Origin: Chrysomallon squamiferum
Taxonomy: Eukaryota; Animalia; Mollusca
Assembly: GCA_012295275.1 (NCBI GenBank)
Contig: CM022672.1
Location: 22,382,001 to 22,446,000, forward strand
Direction: 5' to 3'
DNA length: 64,000 nucleotides
Shown: positions 57,301-64,000 of the stretch, piece by piece
How positions within the stretch are numbered: the stretch's first letter is position 1
Layout: each line of letters starts with the position of its first letter
Notes under the pieces: model-generated
Databases searched by the model: none
What the model was told of the DNA's origin: nothing
Seen by the model: only the letters and a program-made list of their open reading frames with translations
Made by a program: the position numbers and the translations under genes

Positions 57301-60300
57301 ATATTAAAGGATCGATTTCACATCTGACTTTCAGCTCTTGTCTCTTATTAGCTACTCTATGCTTTTTAGGAGAACCAAAATCCTTCTTAGGGTGAATTCT
57401 GACACCGCCAAATTCGTCATTGTAGTTATCTGACTTCTCTGCCTTTATTGCATTCCAGAACAGCTGTCGAATTTCATCAGCTTGGAGTACTGCCTCTTGT
57501 TGTGTTAAAGGTCTTTTGTGTGGACTATCTTGTCTTGTCCTCTCACTTTCCTCAGTGTTATCCAATGATAAACAACTTCTATTCTGCACAGACTCACTTA
57601 AATTCTGATTTTCTGATTTTATTTTAAGTGATTGTGGACTTTTCTCTTTCTTCATTTTATACAGCAGTTTCTCATCTGGTAACTGGTTTTTTTCCCAGGT
57701 GTTTGGAGATAAATATATAATTTCAGCACCTGGTCCCTTTCTTGATTTTCTGGGTGATTTTCTTTTACTTTCTTTGTCTGGTGATCTTTTTGATCCACCT
57801 GGTGATTTACCTTCAGTGTCTAGTGATTCTCTTGATCTACCTGGTGATTTATTTTCAATATCTGGTGATTTTCTTGATCTACCTGGCGATTTACTTTCAA
57901 TGTCTGGAGATCTTCTTGATCTATGTGGTGATTTGCTTTCAGTATCAGGGGATCTTCTTGATCTATGTGGTGATTTGCTTTCAGTTTCAGGGGATCTTCT
58001 TGATCTCTGTGGTGATTTACTTTCAGTTTCAGGGGATCTTCTTGATCTATGTGGTGATTTACTTTCAGTGTCAGGGGATCTTCTTGATCTATGTGGTGAT
58101 TTACTTTCAGTGTCAGGGGATCTTCTTGATCTATGTGGTGATTTACTTTCAGTGTCAGGGGATTTTCTTGATCTATGTGGTGATTTACTTTCAGTGTCAG
58201 GGGATCTTCTCGATCTATGTGGTGATTTACTTTCAGTGTCAGGGGATCTTCTTGATCTATGTGGTGATTTACTTTCAGTGTCAGGGGATCTTCTTGATCT
58301 ACCTGGTGATTTACACATAATATCATTATCCTCAATAATGTTCTCATACCCATCTACTGACTGTTTTGATTGTTTGGATTTCTCTGTGTTGACACCAAAC
58401 ATTTCTCTGTCTTTTTCTTCAAGCTCTTTCTTAAACATTTTTACTTTTCTGTCCAATCTTTCAATATCACCCACAAGAGGATCATCTGGTTTCAATATAC
58501 GTCTTGCCGTAAACTGAAAGAAAATGTTTCTTTTTGTTTCACAACTGTTAATGAATTAAATTAGTTTCAAAATCAGGACAGGAAAGCATTATCACTAGTT
58601 TTCATAAGCAACCTTTTTTGAAATGAAAAAGAAAAATCATCTCCGTATTTGTAATATAGATTAGTTAGCAACATATCACTTGCAATTCGATTAATAAAAA
58701 AAGTGAAATTATTCCTTTCACAGGAGGTGAAATAAACTGTGATATTTGTTTTCAATAATTATATTGAAATGAAACTATTAAAAATTTTTAAAAAATTAGT
58801 TAGTGTTTTTTTTTTTTTTCTACTATTTCTAATACCTACTAAAGTAACCAGTATTGAGGATAATTTATTAGATCTTCTTTCTCTTTTTTGGGGTCCTTGG
58901 AATATAAAGTTAAAAAAAAAAAAAAAGAAGAAAAAAGACTGTCAACAGTTATTTTTGTTGCTTACTTCAACTGGTATTTCTGATGTACTCACAGTGGCAT
59001 CAGTTGAAAAAAATAACTGAAAGAAACAATACAAATTAAGAAAATAAAAAAACTTTTTCACTGCTTAAGAATATATATTGCGTGAGTGCCTATGTATGTA
59101 TTTGTGTGTGTATATACATGCATGTGAGCATGTGTGTGTTTTGTGTGTGTGTTACAGATATGTGTAAAAAGGTGTATATGTATAAATTGTTTGTGTATGA
59201 ATTATATATCCGAAAAATAATAATTCATATTACTGATAAACCTTTAATGTTGCTATAATCTATTACATCTGTTGTTCCATAAAAAGTATTGTTTAAAAAT
59301 ATGTAACTTTGAAACTACACCAGCATATAAATTATTATGTAAATAAAATTAGTAAATTTAGTAATATTTATACTGTTGACCATCAATTTCATGAACTAAT
59401 ATGGGTGAGCACTGGTCTTGATAATGTATACATCTGTAAACATTAACCCTAAAATGTACCCAAATATTAAACATTATTACACATAACATCTATGTAATAT
59501 AATAATACAAAAACAATATACAGACATAAAGACAGTATTTATATGGAAAGAAAAATGTAGGTTAGGTTGGGTGACACATGTTAGATTAAGATGATTATGG
59601 GTGCAACAGCAAAACGTACTCTCACCTGGATGGAAAGCAAGTTGAGAGAGGGCTGCTGTGAATAATGGGACTTTAGGAAGTGGGAAATGGTGGTATGTTC
59701 AAATGTTGAGATTTTTCCAGATTTGGTCATGAAATAAGGGTCATCAGTGTTTTTGTTCATCACAAGAATTCAATACCAAAGAAATAAATTTATTTTTATT
59801 ACACTTTATCTAAAATGAACCAACAGAGGCCCACCCATATACAATTTTAAAAGCAATTTTTAAAGCAAACCTTTTCACCAGAAGCATCTCTGTCACTTGG
59901 CTTTCTGGAAAACGATCGCTATAAAAAATTTAAAAAAAATAAATAAAAATTAATTAATTTTAAATTGTATTGAATGTTTTCTTGTTTGTTTTTTAAATCA
60001 TATTTAGACAATTATTTGATTTTAATAGGTGTCAAAATAGAGTTCAGTGAGAGACATTAGATGATGCAAAACTATTTAATAAAATATGTTGAGAAATCTT
60101 CTTACATCTCTTGCTTTTTCGTTTCTTGCTTTGGAACTTGATCTCTTTGAATAAACCTGTTAAAAGAAAAAAAAAAAAAAAAAAAAGAAAAAAGGTTTTT
60201 GGAACTGCTTTGATTTGTGACTAAATACATGATGTCATGAATAGTTTCATATAAGACAAATAAGATTTTGATGTGAAATGTCAAACACACTTTATGTATA

Positions 60301-61637
60301 GCTATATGAAGACAGACACAAACAATTTATATATATATAAATTATGTATCAAACACTTTTTTACATATATCTGTATAAAATAACATCCATGCACATTTAT
60401 GTATAGGTTTATATATGTATGCATGCTGCCAAATGCACACGAACATACACACACACAAACAAAAACACATATACCCCTACAAACACTCACATATGCATGC
60501 ACATATTACATTAACTCACATCAGTAAAACTTTGCCTGTCAAGTGACAGAGAACTGGATATCCTAGATGGGGTTTTCTGCAGAATGTGAAATAAGCAAAT
60601 AATGACTTAATGCCTACACAAAGTCTTAATGACAGTAACATTCCTTAATTAAGATAAAGCATTTTACAAACTTTTTTAAATAAAAAATTATGACTTTAAA
60701 AGGTATTGGTAGTTGTGTAATAATTTTTTTATTTATTTATTTTTTTATATGTTTTTTTAATTTTATTTTTAAGTTTTACTATTATTAACAGATAGCAAGT
60801 ATTATGTTTACAGCCATTTTCCATACTTCTTGTGTACTCATCACATCTTAAGCAGAAAAATAAAAATTAATTTATTCAATAGATTTAGAATTTTTGCCAA
60901 ATTTTTATTATTCATTCTGGCTTAGTTACATTTATCATCAAATTCATTTTGCCATTTCTAAAATTAATCTGACATCATGAGTACAGGAAAAGAAAGGGAA
61001 AATGGCAGTCTTCCAGTTTTTTTTACATTATTGTTGCATTTTAATTATTAGCAAACATTTTTCTCCAAAATTCAATAAAACCTTCTCTTGGAAGTAAAAT
61101 TTTGAAAAAATTTCCATTGTATTTATTTATTTATATATAAATAAATAGTCTTTTTTAATTATATTTAAATAGATATATGTAAACTATTCTGAGATATAAA
61201 TTATATAATTGTATTTATTTTACCTATAATATCCCTTACCTCTCTTTTTCTGCCCTGCCTTGTTTTGGTTTTCAGAGGAATTATCTGGAATAGCATGAAA
61301 AATAATATAAAAATGACATAAAATTAACATCATTTTGAAATTTCTATCATATTCATATTTAGGTTAAACTCTGAATGCAAATAAATGAATATGTCTGTCT
61401 ATCAGCATAGAATTTTTATTTTATTTAAAAAAAAAAATATATTTATATTTTAAACAAACAAAGAGGTATTGGAAATGAAGTGCATGGTGGGCACTGTTTC
61501 ACAATCTATTTATATCTTTTAATATTTTCTTGAAATCTTACCTCAATGTCACTAGTTTGCTCACTGGGTGTTTTCGATCGTATTACCTACATAAGTTAAT
61601 AAACAAATTGTATGCCAGTCTCTGTCTATATATATGT

Positions 61638-61689
<52 letters not shown>

Positions 61690-63022
61690 TATGAACACTA
61701 CTTTTAAATAATTTTGTATTAAGTCTTAAATGTATGGATATATGTAAGTGGATGGACATGAATATTACAGGAAAACACAAGTCACTGGAAATTTTTCAAA
61801 CTCACATCAATAATGTCTTCACTATCCACAGACAATGCACTTAGTACCACTGCAGGAATTCTCTGATAAAAAAATTAACTCAAATATTTGGTTTATTTTA
61901 CTTAATTTTTATTTTATTTTATTTTTTTTAAATTAATTTTTTTACATTTTTTTAAAATAACATGTATCATGGAACTTAAACAATTCCTCTAATAAATCTA
62001 CTTATTTTGATAACAGATAATTTACAATAAATTATAGTCATTTTCTTCTGATACATATCCAATTAAATTAAATATAATAAATTACCAAGAGATAATCTAT
62101 ATATAAATATATGCTTACTTCTGATTTTCTGCTGTGCTTTGATTTAGTTTTCAGAGGACTTATCTGAAAACAAAATGAAACTTCAATGCACAGATATATA
62201 TATATGACATCAATAATAAAAAGAAATTGTGGACTACAGAGAGTTCTGTATGAAGCAGACACCCAAATTAAAACATTGGGTTTAACTTTTTGCTTTTCTG
62301 ATTCTCTGAATATTTTCTTTTTGCCTTTTTGATAAGTGATCTCTGTAGAAACAACCATAAAAATTATTATTAATAAACTTATATTGGAAAACAACAGAAC
62401 AATAGCTTGTCTATTAATAGACAGGTAAAAAAAAAGTGAGACACAGAAATACATCCTTCATTTTCAGAATAAAATCTTCTTTAATATTCACAAATTTTAT
62501 AGATGCTATAATTTTATCTCTTTCATTTCCTGCCTGTCTATTTATCTGTCTCTGTCTGTGTTCGTGTGCATGCAGTGGTGCAAATCATTTGTACCTTACT
62601 GTAAATAAACGTATTGAGTACCTAAGGTGAGCAATAGCTTATTATCCACATGACCTGCTAGAAATAATATGTGCATGATTTAAAATAAATAAATAAAAAG
62701 GTCTTGTATTAAATTATATTTTTTGGTTTTTGATTTTTGATTTTACTTACTTCACATTTTTTGCCATGCTTTGTTTTAGTTTTCTGTGGACTCTTCTGAA
62801 ATGTCATACATGCATATATAAATACATTTGTTCAATCAGTCATAATGACTGAAGAGAGTTAGTTACAAGTTTTGCTTCACAATATTTATCTTTCAAAACT
62901 TATGCAAGATAAAGTATTTTCCACTGGCCATAATCTCCTAATATTATAATACGTTTATGAGGTTATTATTTTTTTTTTCTCGTTATATTAATAGATAAAC
63001 TGTCCCCGACTGGAAACTATAA

Positions 63023-63055
<33 letters not shown>

Positions 63056-63815
63056 TGTGTGTGTGTTTATATACATATCCATCCATCCATCCATATGTGT
63101 ATATATATATATATATATATATGTATCTATGTATACAAACACATTCATACATGCATATATGTGCATATACATAAAAATATACACACATAAACATATACAT
63201 CTTATTTTTGAAAATATGATGTCCCAATAACTTTACTAACCTTTTGCTTGCTACTTCGTTTTTTTTTGGGTACCAATGGAATTATCTGAAAAAGTTTGAT
63301 ACAGAAAGAAATAATAAGAATAATTGTTCAGCATCAATCAATAAATATTTGGAATTTCTGTGTCCTTCTGTACAAAAAAGTATCAGTTCAAGACAGTGGT
63401 ATGGTTTCTTTTAATGTGCGTGTTTTAACATCCTCCTAATTTTATAATATTTTTATTTAGTTTATTATGTTTTTTGCTATTTTTATTTATAGAAGGTAGA
63501 TAGACATATATAGATAGAAAGATACAGAGATCAAAAAACAAATTTCATCAGCAGGTCTACTTGTATGAAACTATATCATAAAGCAGATAACTATGTTTTC
63601 ATTACCAGTTCAGAACATTGAGTAAGATTAAAAATCTGTGTATTTTTCTTAAAACAAATTTCCCAGAAATAAATTCAAAGAACCATATGAAAATTAATAT
63701 TATATTAAGCATGTTTTTGTTTTTTTAAATTTTATGTACATGTATTTACAACATGTATTTTCTTTCTTACCTCAACTTCACTAATTATGCCACTTGATGT
63801 TGCAGATGGTATTTT
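51358..63815 (-). CDS. Uncharacterised, largely low-complexity protein; all introns phase 0; micro-exon array plus KSP/RSP repeat exon; 5' end probably beyond the window
   Basis: AG/GT-bounded, stop-free, 3n exons in transcription order: 63771-63815, 63241-63285, 62751-62795, 62119-62163, 61806-61862, 61542-61586, 61240-61284, 60520-60576, 60106-60156, 59871-59918, 59626-59670, 58966-59016, 56924-58513, 56141-56269, 54576-54614, 54126-54299, 53639-53731, 51956-52081, and terminal exon 51358-51435 (NLLKLLKQKYVEKNRARKLKEKEMC*). No family recognised. Confidence 0.75.
52406..52795 (-). pseudogene. Decayed duplicate of the segment ~54340-54730, including a broken copy of the 39-nt exon 54576-54614
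   Basis: About 380 nt of close similarity (ctactgaggaaatctttgtcagtttcatttatgaatct ... ttttgcaat). The copy has a 1-nt insertion giving aat ggt ggt gct act TAG, and its donor GTAA has changed to GCAG. Confidence 0.8.
53303..53540. repeat. Degenerate (TAG/CAG/TAT)n low-complexity tract
   Basis: agtagtattagtattattatagt ... trinucleotide-derived intronic tract. Confidence 0.7.
55451..55803. mobile_element. Possible degraded MITE (inverted repeats)
   Basis: ttcgtccacca (55453-55463) / tggtggacgaa (55791-55801); related caagtggacagaatg copies at ~55775 and ~56069. Confidence 0.35.
56924..58513 (-). CDS. Large 1590-nt internal exon of the minus-strand gene containing the SP-rich repeat
   Basis: Overlaps the 530-aa ORF 56903..58495; acceptor TTTCAG at 58514, donor GTAAGT at 56923; length divisible by 3. 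Confidence 0.85.
57767..58312 (-). repeat. Coding 42-nt tandem repeat, 13 units encoding KSPHRSRRSPDTES
   Basis: Plus-strand unit gatcttcttgatctatgtggtgatttactttcagtgtcaggg; central units near-identical, the last three units diverged. Confidence 0.95.
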
Positions 63816-64000
63816 CTACAGAAATGAATATGAAAAAAATATTTGCAGTACATTTCAGTCCAATAACCTGAATAAGTGAATTATAAGTTACTTTAAAGGG
63901 TCAAGGATGCAACATAAATATCATTATGTTTGTTGTAGACAAAATTATATGAAAATATAAAATTAACAGGAGATAAATAAAGATTTAAAAGTCTGTCAAG

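Noticed and set aside
57767-58312. CRISPR-like regular array
   Set aside because: No unique spacers; eukaryotic coding minisatellite.
57699-58517. Plus-strand 272-aa and 192-aa ORFs and a minus-strand 177-aa ORF over the 42-nt repeat (GDLLDLCGDLLSVS looks LRR-like)
   Set aside because: Shadow frames of a stop-free 3n repeat; only the KSP frame extends far beyond the repeat and has splice sites.
58868-58905. Minus-strand IPRTPKKRKKI* resembling the basic cassette family
   Set aside because: No acceptor AG or donor; at most a relic and cannot be supported.
60812-60846. 35-nt minus-strand exon candidate in the micro-exon array
   Set aside because: Not 3n and reads ATG TGA in phase 0.
62595-62654. 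Minus-strand exon candidates (27-60 nt)
   Set aside because: The longer forms contain TAG; the 27-nt form has weak sites and resembles neither cassette family.

Overview
AT-rich, microsatellite-rich animal genomic DNA (invertebrate; a mollusc or other lophotrochozoan is my inference). I reconstructed four intron-containing genes by hand from splice sites and reading frame. (1) An Arrowhead/Lhx6-8 LIM-homeobox gene (+, 2886-5992, first exon unresolved). (2) A 33-exon NTE/swiss-cheese PNPLA6/7 gene (+, 10620-34494) with two GC-AG introns. (3) A CHPF/chondroitin sulfate synthase 2-like gene (+, 44585-48688) with a 1-nt frameshift and a recently duplicated splice acceptor. (4) An unrecognised minus-strand gene (51358 to at least 63815, 5' end probably outside the window) in which every intron is phase 0. 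It has an array of at least 12 symmetric 45-57 nt exons, mostly in basic or acidic/Ser-rich families, and a 13 x 14-aa KSP/RSP repeat. A recurring pattern is that degenerate tandem repeats straddle exon-intron junctions and copy splice sites (5 cases in PNPLA6/7, 1 in CHPF, plus a duplicated decayed exon in gene 4). This may be the process that builds the micro-exon array. Also present are hAT-type MITEs with 8-bp TSDs and a MULE-like transposase remnant. All models are unvalidated by transcript data.
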